Of a stretch of 64,000 bases of DNA, positions 1-10,086 are shown piece after piece. Origin of the DNA: Trueperaceae bacterium (lineage in GTDB: Bacteria > Deinococcota > Deinococci > Deinococcales > Trueperaceae); NCBI GenBank assembly GCA_965215565.1, contig CBDCDZ010000004.1, positions 3,840,001 to 3,904,000 of the forward strand, written 5' to 3'. Every line of letters begins with the position of its first letter. The first letter of the stretch is position 1. The position numbers and the translations under genes are program-made. Under the pieces are notes generated by a model. That model saw nothing but the letters and a program-made list of their open reading frames with translations. It ran no database searches and was not told the origin of the DNA.

Positions 1-662
<662 letters not shown>

Positions 663-788
663 TCAAGTATAGCGCGCCGCGGAGCGTCGGAGACCCTTCT
701 TACGGAGAAAGGCTGATGGAGAAACGCTAACTTCGCCGGTGGTTCTAAGTTAAACGTCGCCTTGTGCTCTTTCTACCACTCACTATGA

Positions 789-822
789 TGAACAAGGGGT
801 TGAAACCCCTTGCTTTGACATC
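789..822. repeat. REP-like palindrome, family C copy 1
   Basis: TGAACAAGGGGTTGAAACCCCTTGCTTTGACATC; near-identical copies at 19495 and 40638 (inverted). Confidence 0.85.
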
Positions 823-1014
823 CGTGTCGTAACAGATGGCGTCACCACCAAAATGATCCACAACGAATGGGAAGGTGTCCTGTTCTGTGCATATGCGGAG
901 GCGGCGCTACGCCTCTCGCGGCTGCATACACAAGACGTGGTACGCCGCCCGAACATGTAGCACAACCGAGTAAAAACGCTCGAGTAAAAAGATGATGTAA
1001 GCGCGACACAACAC

Positions 1015-1037
1015 TACCTTAAAAAATAAGGTATACT
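1015..1037 (+). promoter_or_regulatory. Perfect 7-5-7 inverted repeat overlapping the candidate recA -10 box
   Basis: TACCTTA-AAAAA-TAAGGTA (1015-1033) overlaps TATACT (1032-1037); GAGG RBS before ATG 1067. Confidence 0.5.
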
Positions 1038-1066
1038 CCATTCAACTTGAAAGCGAGGTAGACCTT

Positions 1067-2125
1067 ATGACCCTGACCCCCGAAAGAGAACGCGCCCTCA
1101 ACACCACCCTCTCGCAGATCGAGAAACAGTTTGGCAAAGGGGCTGTCATGCGCCTGGGCGACGAAGGGAGCCTGACCCCCCAAGGCGTCATCTCAACGGG
1201 CTCGATGTCAGTGGACTTGGCATTAGGGGTAGGCGGGGTACCGAGAGGACGGATCATCGAGGTGTACGGACCCGAGTCCGGGGGTAAAACCACGCTCTCA
1301 CTTCATATCGTGGCGGAAGCGCAAAAACAAGGCGGCGTGGCTGCGTTCGTAGACGCCGAACACGCCCTGGACCCCTCCTACGCGAAAGCACTCGGCGTGG
1401 ATACCGAAAACCTGCTGGTCTCGCAACCCGATACGGGCGAACAAGCCTTGGAGATCACCGAACTCCTGGTTCGTAGCGGCGCAGTGGACGTGATCGTGGT
1501 GGACTCGGTGGCTGCTCTCGTGCCCAGGGCTGAAATCGAAGGGGAGATGGGCGACTCTCACGTCGGCTTACAAGCCCGCTTGATGAGCCAAGCCTTGCGC
1601 AAGCTAACAGGTGTTTTATCCAAAAGCCACACCACGGCGATTTTTATCAACCAGATCAGAGAGAAGATCGGCGTGTTGTACGGCAACCCGGAGACGACGC
1701 CTGGGGGACGCGCCCTGAAGTTCTACTCCTCAGTCAGGATGGAAGTGAGACGTAAAGGGGACGTGAAGTCGGGCGCAGATAAGGTAGGGAACCGCACCCG
1801 GGTCAAGGTCACGAAGAACAAAGTTGCGCCGCCCTTTAAGGAAGCGGAAGTGGAGATCATGTTCGGACGGGGGATTGACAAACTCGGGGACCTGATCAAC
1901 ATCGCTAGTGACTTAGACATCGTGCAGAAGTCGGGCTCGTTCTATAAGTACGAGGGCAGTACGATTGGGCAGGGCAAGGAGAAAGCGAGTACCTACCTAG
2001 AGGAGCACCCACAGCTCATCGAGGAGGTCAAGCAGAAGGTCATGGCTGCGATTCAAGGTGTGCCCTATGAGCCTAAAGTGGGTGGGGATGATGGTGACGA
2101 AGGGCTATTCTCGAGCGCGAACTGA
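1067..2125 (+). CDS. recA: Recombinase RecA
   Basis: [10 protein letters not shown]-loop, [37 protein letters not shown]. Confidence 0.99.
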   Translation: MTLTPERERALNTTLSQIEKQFGKGAVMRLGDEGSLTPQGVISTGSMSVDLALGVGGVPRGRIIEVYGPESGGKTTLSLHIVAEAQKQGGVAAFVDAEHALDPSYAKALGVDTENLLVSQPDTGEQALEITELLVRSGAVDVIVVDSVAALVPRAEIEGEMGDSHVGLQARLMSQALRKLTGVLSKSHTTAIFINQIREKIGVLYGNPETTPGGRALKFYSSVRMEVRRKGDVKSGADKVGNRTRVKVTKNKVAPPFKEAEVEIMFGRGIDKLGDLINIASDLDIVQKSGSFYKYEGSTIGQGKEKASTYLEEHPQLIEEVKQKVMAAIQGVPYEPKVGGDDGDEGLFSSAN

Positions 2126-2169
2126 GCGAGTGTGAAAGAAAGGTGGTCTCGAGGCTGCTTCTCTGCTGT

Positions 2170-2301
2170 TAGCAGGTATCATCTGGTCAGAGACACTCCT
2201 AGTGGAGAAAGTATTCTTTCCTGCGGAAAACTTTGTAACTAGCACGCACATTAAAAGATAATATCTGCGCTCATCTGTCTCAGTATGTTGTGGAAGTGCT
2301 G
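2170..2301 (+). mobile_element. Dispersed ~110-bp repeat (MITE-like), subfamily B, with an internal hairpin insert
   Basis: Begins TAGCAGGTATCATCTGGTCAGAGACACTC, ends CTCAGTATGTTGTGGAAGTGCTG; aligns with 40719-40829. Confidence 0.8.
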
Positions 2302-2332
2302 TGTGAATAAGAGGTCATACAACACCCACGTT

Positions 2333-3325
2333 TCATCCTCGCAACGCCTCATCTAACCACACGAGCCCCTGCGCTGCCCGTTCTTTGAGCGCGTCTATAT
2401 TGACGTTGGCTTCTAAAGGCGGCGTGCTCACGGCTTCTACCACATCATCTAGCTTTAGGGGCAAGTGATACGCAGGCGCGCCCGCCTCTTCTGCGAACGC
2501 CGCCACTTTGGGGTCATAAACGACGCCGCTAAAGGGACGCCGCGCCGCCGCCGCGAAGATGAGCCCGTGCAGCCGCGCCGAGACGATGTGCGTTGCCCCT
2601 GCGACGGTACTCAGCGCTGCGCTCGGCGTGTCGGCGCGCCAGAGCGCGAGTTCGGGCACCGCTTCTTTAAGTTTTTTAAGAGGTGCGTCATCTTGCCCCG
2701 GTTGAATTGCCATGCCCGCCAGGGGCACGCCCTTGACGCGCAGCGCCTTGGCTAGGTCGATGAGCGCGTCTGTGATCTCGGGGTAGCCCCCCCTAGGGAT
2801 AAGCAGGGCGGGCGGTGTGAGGCTCATCGTGGTGGTGCCCTTAGGCTCCGGGAGGAGCAGGGCGGCGTCCGCCACCAGCGCGGCGTCGATATCCAGCGCG
2901 GCGAGCAGCCGCCGCGACGCGCTGTCTCGCACTGCAACGGGAACATCCTTTAAGGTCCGCCGCACGGTGCGCGCCCCGGCGGGGCTGAGCGGCCCGACGG
3001 ACTGCCCGTAAACCACGCAGCGCTTGCCGAGCGCTTTAGCGAGGCGCAGGATGCCCAAGTAGTAGCGCAAGCTCCGCGTGCTCGTCCTGTCCTGCAAAAG
3101 CCCGCCGCCGCCTGAAATGACGGCGTCACACTGCACGAGGGCGCTCGGCAGACCCTTGTAGCGCGTGACCGCCGCGACGCCGTGCAGCGCCCTCGTCTTC
3201 TCGGGGTTGTTGGACAAGACGCTGAGGTGGTGCCCGTGCGCCCGGAGCCCCGTCACCAAGCCGCTCAAGATAGCCTCGTCGCCCAGGTTGCCGAAACCGT
3301 AGTAGCCGCTGATAAGAACCTTCAT
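2333..3325 (-). CDS. csaB: Polysaccharide pyruvyl transferase CsaB
   Basis: ISGYYGFGNLGDEAIL, SGGGGLLQD.TS.RSL.YY, RLHGLI, YDPKV. Confidence 0.92.
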   Translation of the reverse strand: MKVLISGYYGFGNLGDEAILSGLVTGLRAHGHHLSVLSNNPEKTRALHGVAAVTRYKGLPSALVQCDAVISGGGGLLQDRTSTRSLRYYLGILRLAKALGKRCVVYGQSVGPLSPAGARTVRRTLKDVPVAVRDSASRRLLAALDIDAALVADAALLLPEPKGTTTMSLTPPALLIPRGGYPEITDALIDLAKALRVKGVPLAGMAIQPGQDDAPLKKLKEAVPELALWRADTPSAALSTVAGATHIVSARLHGLIFAAAARRPFSGVVYDPKVAAFAEEAGAPAYHLPLKLDDVVEAVSTPPLEANVNIDALKERAAQGLVWLDEALRG

Positions 3326-3335
3326 GCGCAGTCCC

Positions 3336-5168
3336 CTAAGCCTGCGGGACGCGGCGCGCGCCCGTGAGCCAGCGCTTCACACCGCCCGTCAAAAAGCGCG
3401 CGAGCGGCACGAGGAGCAGCCCGACGGCGAGACCTAGCGCCAGCGCGACGAGGGTGCGCTCCAACGAGACGAGCAGCGGCGTGTGGTAGTGGCTGAACGA
3501 GTTGACGATGCTCGCTTGCGCCACCACGCCCCCAGTGAGCAGCAGCCCCTTGAGCCAGTCCGCCCAGCCGCCGTTCGTGAGCGCGAGCACTGCCAGCGGG
3601 TGCCCCAAAAGCTCCTTGAAGCGCGGGCGCGCGAAGTATTCGGACAAGAGGTCGCGCAGCCCGAGTTCCGCGCTACTCGCGCCGATGACCGGGAAGTTGC
3701 CGCGCCGCAGCACTACCAGTGCGAGCGCTGCCAAGCCGAAAAAGACGATAGCGACGTCGCCTAAACGCACTGGGTAGCGCCAGAAATCGGTGATCCACTT
3801 AGCGGGCAGGCGGTAGCGCAGCGCGTAGTGAAACAAAAAGAGCGCGGGCGGCACGACCAGCGTCGCCGCGACGCCTGCAAAGGGCGTGATGGCGAGCAGC
3901 GCCTCGCGGTCGCTCCCCACCGCCGCTAAGAGCACCGCACCCGCGAGCGAAACAAGCGTCGCGAGCCCCAAGCTCATCAGCTTCTCAGGCAAAAGCCCGT
4001 AGCCCAAGACCGGAAAGGCGAGCGCGGCGGCGAGCGCGAGCGCGTCCCAGTCAGGTCCGCCCGCGAGGATGCCGAGCGACAAGACGCCCGCGGAAACGGC
4101 GACGCCCCACCCGCCCGGATACATCAGCGCTAGGAGGGCGAGCCCGGCGAGGATGCCGAGGGCGCTCAGGGCGCGCAGAAAGGGGACGGTGTCGTACTCG
4201 AGCCTCTCCACCTCCCCGACGGCGTACCCCTCCGCCTCCAATGAGGTGCGCAGCCCACGCACTAGACTTTTGGTGCTCTGAACCATGTCGCCCACCGTCT
4301 CTTCGGTATAGGGGCGCACGTAGAGCAGCCGCGCCCCGCGCTCGTTCGCGGCGAGCACGTACTTGCCCACCACCTCTTCTGGCTCCAACGTGTTGAGCCA
4401 GTCCTGATTGACGCCGAACGTCCGCGCTACCGGCACCTTACCTGCAAGCTGCGCCATGCCCGCTTGCTCCACCCCTTCGATGACGCCCGTGAGATAGGCC
4501 TGCGAGGCCGCCACCGTCTCGGAGAGCGCGTTGGGGTTGCCCGCTACCTCGAGCGCCCCGTGGATGAGGTAGTTCGCCTCCTCCGGGAAGTCCGCGCCCA
4601 CCTCTCGTAAACCTGGATAGTTGTAGGGGCGATACGCGATGTCCCAGCCTGCCTCGGACCAGCGCTCGATCTCTTCACGGTTCGGTCCGGCTGGGCGCTC
4701 CTCCCCTTCGCCGTCGCCGGGGTCGGGGTAGGCGTACCAAGTTGTGTTACCCAAGGGGATTTCTCGAGGCTGCGGCGTGTTCTTCGCGAGGGTGCCTTCG
4801 AGCGCGTCCTCTTCGAGCGCCGTCACTAACAGGCTATTTGCCGGGACGCTGACGTTGCCCTCTGTCAGGATATCTTCCGCTCGAGCCTCGTTTCCTGAGA
4901 GGAGCGCCACGTCACCTGCCGCCGCGAGCGTCTCGAAGGTCTCCTCGTAGAGCGCCACGCCGTTGAGTCCCGCCTCGCGGTAGCGCTGCGCCAGTTCAAA
5001 CGAAGTCGTGCCGAGAAAGGCGGCCTGCTCACGGAGCGCCTGCTCGTCCATCAGCAAGGTCACGGAGGTGCTGCCGCCCTCCACACGCACGCGGTTATAC
5101 GCCAGGATGAGGCTGGGGATGAGGCTCAGTAGGACGACGAGCCAGAGCAGACGCTGAACGCGGTTCAC
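3336..5168 (-). CDS. DUF5693-family membrane protein
   Basis: N-terminal anchor, large extracytoplasmic domain (ERGARLLYVRP), multi-TM C-terminus with RPRFKE..GHP and SIVNSFSH.HTP; adjacent to csaB as is typical. Confidence 0.8.
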   Translation of the reverse strand: MNRVQRLLWLVVLLSLIPSLILAYNRVRVEGGSTSVTLLMDEQALREQAAFLGTTSFELAQRYREAGLNGVALYEETFETLAAAGDVALLSGNEARAEDILTEGNVSVPANSLLVTALEEDALEGTLAKNTPQPREIPLGNTTWYAYPDPGDGEGEERPAGPNREEIERWSEAGWDIAYRPYNYPGLREVGADFPEEANYLIHGALEVAGNPNALSETVAASQAYLTGVIEGVEQAGMAQLAGKVPVARTFGVNQDWLNTLEPEEVVGKYVLAANERGARLLYVRPYTEETVGDMVQSTKSLVRGLRTSLEAEGYAVGEVERLEYDTVPFLRALSALGILAGLALLALMYPGGWGVAVSAGVLSLGILAGGPDWDALALAAALAFPVLGYGLLPEKLMSLGLATLVSLAGAVLLAAVGSDREALLAITPFAGVAATLVVPPALFLFHYALRYRLPAKWITDFWRYPVRLGDVAIVFFGLAALALVVLRRGNFPVIGASSAELGLRDLLSEYFARPRFKELLGHPLAVLALTNGGWADWLKGLLLTGGVVAQASIVNSFSHYHTPLLVSLERTLVALALGLAVGLLLVPLARFLTGGVKRWLTGARRVPQA

Positions 5169-5371
5169 CTCGCGCCGCCGAGCGAGAATAGAGGTTGACG
5201 TTTCATGGGGAGGATTCTACCCGCTTTGCGCCCTCATTTGTTGTGGCTTAACGTTCAACCTCGCATTATTCTCGCTTTTAGTACGGTTCGCCCATGCTCT
5301 ACACTCGTACGCCCTACTGTAATACGTTACTTCCCCCACCGGTTCAGAGTCCCTCGCGACGCCGAAGGAAT

Positions 5372-6034
5372 TCAGGGCAACTGACCCGTATCCGGTCTTT
5401 TGCCGAACAGATCAGCGAGGACGAGCAAGAGAAGAACGCCGCCTAAGATCAGCAACATGACAAGCGCGAGTTGGAATTCCCCAAGGATGTCGTCCCCCTG
5501 GCGCGATATCGCCGCAGCGGTTTCGACGTTCAGCACGATGAGGTTCTCCAAGTGAGCGTCCGCCTCATCGAACAACGCCTGCGGCTCCTGCCGAAGCACC
5601 GCGACAGCCTCCTGGTTCTGGTTCTCTCTGGATAAGGCGAGGGCGGCTTGGCTCTCCTCGAGGTGACGCGCCCAGGTACTCCCGAAAGCGTTGTACAGGT
5701 CTCGCTCCTCTTCAGAAACGATGAGCGGCTCGTAGCGCCCCCGCGCCTCGTCCAGCGACGCGAGCGCCGCGCTCATCTCCTCCTCGTAGCGCCGCATGTC
5801 CTCATCTCGCAAGGAGAGCACATGCTGCATGGCGGCGACTCGGTACGCCAGCGCGTCCACCTCCATCTGCCCGAGGAGCCGCGTGCTCGGCAGCCAGTTG
5901 CGCTCTATCTGTGTGCTCGCCGCATTGATCTGCGCGACGCGGCTCCAGGAGTAGAGCGCGAAGAGGGCGAGCCCGCCTACCAAGAGCGCTAGGACGACGA
6001 TGGACCAGAGGCTGATGCGGTAGGTTTTATTCAC
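5372..6034 (-). CDS. Stand-alone four-helix-bundle (4HB_MCP-like) sensor domain protein with two TM segments
   Basis: TM - NWLPS....YEPLIVSEEER..Y..F...W - TM, followed by only a ~10-aa cytoplasmic tail. Confidence 0.75.
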   Translation of the reverse strand: MNKTYRISLWSIVVLALLVGGLALFALYSWSRVAQINAASTQIERNWLPSTRLLGQMEVDALAYRVAAMQHVLSLRDEDMRRYEEEMSAALASLDEARGRYEPLIVSEEERDLYNAFGSTWARHLEESQAALALSRENQNQEAVAVLRQEPQALFDEADAHLENLIVLNVETAAAISRQGDDILGEFQLALVMLLILGGVLLLLVLADLFGKRPDTGQLP

Positions 6035-6070
6035 TGTTCTCCTCCGAAGGCTGAGAGTAGACCGGACGGC

Positions 6071-6559
6071 TTATAGGTCGAGCGAAAACTGCTCGAGCAC
6101 AATCATTCGTCCGCCCAATTCTACCCTCTCCTGGTCTGAACGCTTGACAAAACCATGTCGCAACAAGACCTTTTGCGACGCAAGGTTTTCAGGGCTCGCT
6201 CGAGCTGTCAACTGTTTTACAGATAGTTTTGCTCGAGCAAAATCCTTTAGATAAGCCACCCCCTTAGAGGCGATACCTTGGCCTAGATGCTCCTGACACA
6301 CGCGGTAGCCGATCTCCGCGTGTTCGTCCTCAATACTGGAGAAGTTGAAGCGCCCCGCAATCTTGTCACCCTGGTATTCAACAAACAACAGATAAGTGGA
6401 CCTAGACATCCCTCCAACTAGACTGGAGAGTGCACTGGGGAACTTCTCCGCGTCAAAATAGATACCGGGTCTAGGTGGAACCCATCGTTCAAACCACGCC
6501 TTATTCCTGTATTCAAAGTCAAAGAGGGCGTCACAGTCTTCTAGGGTAAGTAGGTTCAA
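6071..6559 (-). CDS. GNAT N-acetyltransferase (RimJ/RimL type)
   Basis: AEIGYRV..EHLGQGIA and ENLASQKVL..HGF. Confidence 0.85.
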   Translation of the reverse strand: MNLLTLEDCDALFDFEYRNKAWFERWVPPRPGIYFDAEKFPSALSSLVGGMSRSTYLLFVEYQGDKIAGRFNFSSIEDEHAEIGYRVCQEHLGQGIASKGVAYLKDFARAKLSVKQLTARASPENLASQKVLLRHGFVKRSDQERVELGGRMIVLEQFSLDL

Positions 6560-6570
6560 GTCTCGAGTCC

Positions 6571-7074
6571 CTACTTCCCCTTAACCTTCGCTTGCTCCAC
6601 CGCAAACTCTCCCCACTCCGCCAAAAAGTCCGAACTGCTCCAAACCTTATCCCGCCCGACTTGCGGCACTAACTCGATGTCTAACTCCTGGCACACGTCC
6701 CACTCGGGGATGTTCGTGTAGTCGGTGCGGTCGCCGCCCTTAGTGAAGACGTGCGGGCGTAGTTGGCGCAGGGCTTCGCAGACCGTCGAGTCGCCTTCAA
6801 TCTCGAACGGCACGACGTAGTCCACCTCACGGATGCACGAGACGATACCGCAGCGGGTCGCCAAATCCATAAAGGGCTTGCCCTTTTTCGCCGTCAAAAA
6901 GGCGTCACCGTTGACAATCGCTACGAGCGTATCACCGTACTGCTTCGACTCGATGAGACAGGTGGCGTGTCCGGGGTGAATAGGGTCGTAGCCGCCCGAG
7001 GTGCAGACAATCTTACCGAGCGAGCCGCGGATGTCGTTCAGTTCTTCAAAAGAGACGATTTTGGCGTATTTCAT
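6571..7074 (-). CDS. Cytidylyl/adenylyltransferase family protein
   Basis: TSGGYDPIHPGH (HxGH motif), KKGKPFM, FTKGGDR, WSSS. Confidence 0.85.
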   Translation of the reverse strand: MKYAKIVSFEELNDIRGSLGKIVCTSGGYDPIHPGHATCLIESKQYGDTLVAIVNGDAFLTAKKGKPFMDLATRCGIVSCIREVDYVVPFEIEGDSTVCEALRQLRPHVFTKGGDRTDYTNIPEWDVCQELDIELVPQVGRDKVWSSSDFLAEWGEFAVEQAKVKGK

Positions 7075-7110
7075 CCCTTTACCTTAACCGATAACTTTTT
7101 AGTTTGCAGG

Positions 7111-7944
7111 TTATTTGCCGAAGCGCCGTTCGCGCGCCTGAAAGGAGCGCACCGCCCGCAAGAAATCCACCTTGCGGAAGCTGGGCCAGAAGGCGTCGCA
7201 GAAGTAAAACTCGCTATACGCCGTTTGCCAGAGCAAGAACCCAGAGAGCCGCACCTCGCCCGAGGTGCGGATGACAAAGTCGGGGTCGGGGACGCCCGCA
7301 GTGTAGAGGTGGCGGCTGATGCCCTCCGCGTCGACGTGGTGGGCCAACTCGTCCGGGGTGGATACCTGATTGGATTGCTCGAGCAACAACTTCCTCACCG
7401 CTGAAACGATCTCCTCACGCCCGCCGTAACCGAGCGCCACGTTCAGGTGCATTCCGCTGTAATCCTCCGTTGCTTCTTCCATACGCCGCAAAGCCGCTTT
7501 GGTATCGTCTGGAAAGCTGTCAATGTCGCCGATGACGCGCACGCGCACCCTGTTCTCATGCAGGCGCGTGTCGCCGATCAGGTCCTTCGCCTGCTGCGCG
7601 AAGAGGCTGTGGAGGTGCGCCACCTCTTCGGGCTTGCGCGAGTGGTTCTCGGTGCTAAAGCCCCAGATGGTGACGTGCTTGATGCCCAGGTCCAAGCACC
7701 AGTCGAGCACCTCACGCGCTTTGCCCGCGCCGTAGTTATGCCCTGTTTTTACGTCTAAGCCCACTGTCCGGGCGAAGCGGCGGTTGCCGTCCATGATGAT
7801 GCCGATGTGCTTAGGCAGCGACGCGCCACTGATGGCTCGCAAGAGAGAGCGCTCGTAAAACCAGTAGAGCGGTGTAGTGAGCGTGTTCCAAGCTTGGCGC
7901 ACTTTTTTGGTCGAGGACATCATACGGGGTAGTGCGGGGTTCAC
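7111..7944 (-). CDS. cis-prenyl (polyprenyl) diphosphate synthase, UppS family
   Basis: HIGIIMDGNRR, GFSTEN, ALGYGGREE, PDFVIRTSGEVRLSGFLLWQ; TACACT 7 nt before the GTG. Confidence 0.93.
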   Translation of the reverse strand: MNPALPRMMSSTKKVRQAWNTLTTPLYWFYERSLLRAISGASLPKHIGIIMDGNRRFARTVGLDVKTGHNYGAGKAREVLDWCLDLGIKHVTIWGFSTENHSRKPEEVAHLHSLFAQQAKDLIGDTRLHENRVRVRVIGDIDSFPDDTKAALRRMEEATEDYSGMHLNVALGYGGREEIVSAVRKLLLEQSNQVSTPDELAHHVDAEGISRHLYTAGVPDPDFVIRTSGEVRLSGFLLWQTAYSEFYFCDAFWPSFRKVDFLRAVRSFQARERRFGK

Positions 7945-8107
7945 AGCGAACAGTGTACACTAAACTGTAACAAAACTACATTATACTTAACTCTTTGTGG
8001 CTTATCTCGCTTTCTTGAATCCTAATGCGGCTCCTCTCCCATTGGGTTTGGTAGGCTCGAGCTAACTTTAGGTCACTTCTCAAAAGCTGCTTACCTCGTC
8101 AAAATTA

Positions 8108-8512
8108 CTATTGGTCAATGAGTTCTTGCCAAGTATCTCGCATGGCTTTACCGATAGCTTGATACTCATGATTGTTTCTGAAGCTTTTCCAATAGTGAAC
8201 GCTAGGTGCGTGTAGTTTTGGATTAGCGTAAATTAGAGCCTTCACTGCCGTCCATTTGTTTGACTCTTTAGGGCTCAACCTATCCGCGACCTCATCAGCA
8301 GTAATTTGAATAAGTATTTCCATGAGACAAAAACGCTCGTAATCTGTTAAAGAGGCATTGGAATACAAGTTAAGGCATTTGCCAAAATCGACTTTTTCCG
8401 CAACCTCGTACTCCCAATCTTGCATTGAGGCATCGTAGGGCAAACCAAGGCGATATGCTAACTTAGTACGTGCCTCTCCGATCGGAAAACCTACTTTTTC
8501 TAATGGCTCCAT
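8108..8512 (-). CDS. Hypothetical protein (AT-rich)
   Basis: 134-aa ORF directly after rmlB; lower GC than its neighbours. Confidence 0.65.
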   Translation of the reverse strand: MEPLEKVGFPIGEARTKLAYRLGLPYDASMQDWEYEVAEKVDFGKCLNLYSNASLTDYERFCLMEILIQITADEVADRLSPKESNKWTAVKALIYANPKLHAPSVHYWKSFRNNHEYQAIGKAMRDTWQELIDQ

Positions 8513-8521
8513 AAACGGTAA

Positions 8522-9535
8522 TCAGCGCTTCACGTACTGCTTCTCAAAATACTCCTTCTGTCCCTCTTTCGTCTCCTGCCACCACTCCGGGTGCTCCTGA
8601 TACCAGGCAATCGTCTTCTCGATCCCCTCAGCGAAGGTCATGCTCGGTTGCCAACCCAGGTCGCGCTTCGCCTTAGAAATATCGAGCGCGTAGCGGTAGT
8701 CGTGACCGGGGCGGTCTTTGACATGTCGAATGAGGTCATTGGGCTTCTCGAGCGTGTTCAAAATCGTCGCGGCAACCGCCAGCCCGTCCGTCTGATTCTC
8801 TCCGCCGATGTTATACGCCTCGCCGCTCTTCCCTTTGAGGAGTGCCTGGTGAATCCCCCTTGCGTGGTCGTCCACAAAGATGTAGTCGCGAATCGCCTTG
8901 CCTGTGCCGTAGATAGGAAGAGGTTGGTTCTCTAAAGCGTTGGTCACAAAGAGCGGAATGACCTTTTCGGGGAACTGGTAGGGTCCATAGTTGTTCGAGC
9001 CACGCGTCGTCACCACGTCCATGTCATACGTCGTCGCGTAGGCTTGGACCAAGAGGTCGCCGCCTGCTTTGGAGGCGCTGTAGGGGCTGCGCGGTCTGAA
9101 GGGGTCGTCTTCGACGCTCAAACCTTCCATCACCTCGCCGTAGACCTCGTCGGTGGAAACTTGAACGAAGCGGATGTTACGGGCGCGGGCAGCCTCGAGC
9201 AAGACCCGTACTCCCTCGACATTCGTGCGCGTAAAGGGCGCGGCGTCCTGAATGGAGCGGTCCACGTGCGTCTCGGCGGCGAAGTTGAGCACCGCGTCGC
9301 AGCCTTGCACGGCTTTTTCGACAACCTCCGGGTCCGCGATGTCCCCTTTGATAAAGGTGTAGCGCGAATCGTCCTCGAAGTCCTTGAGCGTTGCGGGATT
9401 CGCGGCGTAGGTCATAAGGTCTAAGTTGACGACTTCCAAGTCGGTTTCTGTGAGAATGATGCGGATGTACGAGGAGCCGATGAAGCCGAGCCCACCCGTC
9501 ACTAAAACCTTTTTATAGTTTCCTGTGTAGTCCAC
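8522..9535 (-). CDS. rmlB: dTDP-glucose 4,6-dehydratase
   Basis: TGGLGFIGS, FAAETHVDRSI, STDEVYG, YSASK, DRPGHDYRY. Confidence 0.96.
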   Translation of the reverse strand: MDYTGNYKKVLVTGGLGFIGSSYIRIILTETDLEVVNLDLMTYAANPATLKDFEDDSRYTFIKGDIADPEVVEKAVQGCDAVLNFAAETHVDRSIQDAAPFTRTNVEGVRVLLEAARARNIRFVQVSTDEVYGEVMEGLSVEDDPFRPRSPYSASKAGGDLLVQAYATTYDMDVVTTRGSNNYGPYQFPEKVIPLFVTNALENQPLPIYGTGKAIRDYIFVDDHARGIHQALLKGKSGEAYNIGGENQTDGLAVAATILNTLEKPNDLIRHVKDRPGHDYRYALDISKAKRDLGWQPSMTFAEGIEKTIAWYQEHPEWWQETKEGQKEYFEKQYVKR

Positions 9536-9537
9536 TT

Positions 9538-10086
9538 CTAACCCCTATCCTCCGCCCACAGGTCCGCCCCGAAAAAGTCCCAGGGCAGGCGTCCTTCATT
9601 TGGATGTTCGACATCGAATTGCTGGTCCATTGCGTAGAGTAACGTCGCGCCGCTCACGCCAGCCTGATAGCCGTGCGCGACGCCTGCCGGGATGTAGAGC
9701 TGAGCAGGTTCTTCGCCGTTCAAGATGAAAGGGCGCTTGTTGCCTTCGGTTGGGGAACCTGCCCGGCAGTCGGCAAGCCATACCTTGAGCTGCCCCTGAA
9801 TCACCGTCCAGAGTTCGTTTTGCGGCTCGCGGGGGTGGATGTGAAAGGCGTTGATGCGCCCCGGTTCGGCGCTCGAGACGCTGATCTGCCGCACTGTGAA
9901 ATCTTCCGTAAAGTCGTGCGGCAACCCCTTCACGTTTCCTTGACTAAGCCGCGCGTACTCCATAAAGAAGCCATTGTCGCTCCGCCGCTTAGTGAGTTTA
10001 CGCATCCACACACCCTCGATTTCGGGATGAGGCTCATACGTCTGAAAGGTCAGCGCGTCGGTAGCGGATTTCGAGAGGTCGGTCAT
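9538..10086 (-). CDS. rmlC: dTDP-4-dehydrorhamnose 3,5-epimerase family
   Basis: Cupin motifs AFHIH and LYIPAGVAHGYQ; ATG 10086 overlaps the rmlD stop (ATGA). Confidence 0.85.
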   Translation of the reverse strand: MTDLSKSATDALTFQTYEPHPEIEGVWMRKLTKRRSDNGFFMEYARLSQGNVKGLPHDFTEDFTVRQISVSSAEPGRINAFHIHPREPQNELWTVIQGQLKVWLADCRAGSPTEGNKRPFILNGEEPAQLYIPAGVAHGYQAGVSGATLLYAMDQQFDVEHPNEGRLPWDFFGADLWAEDRG

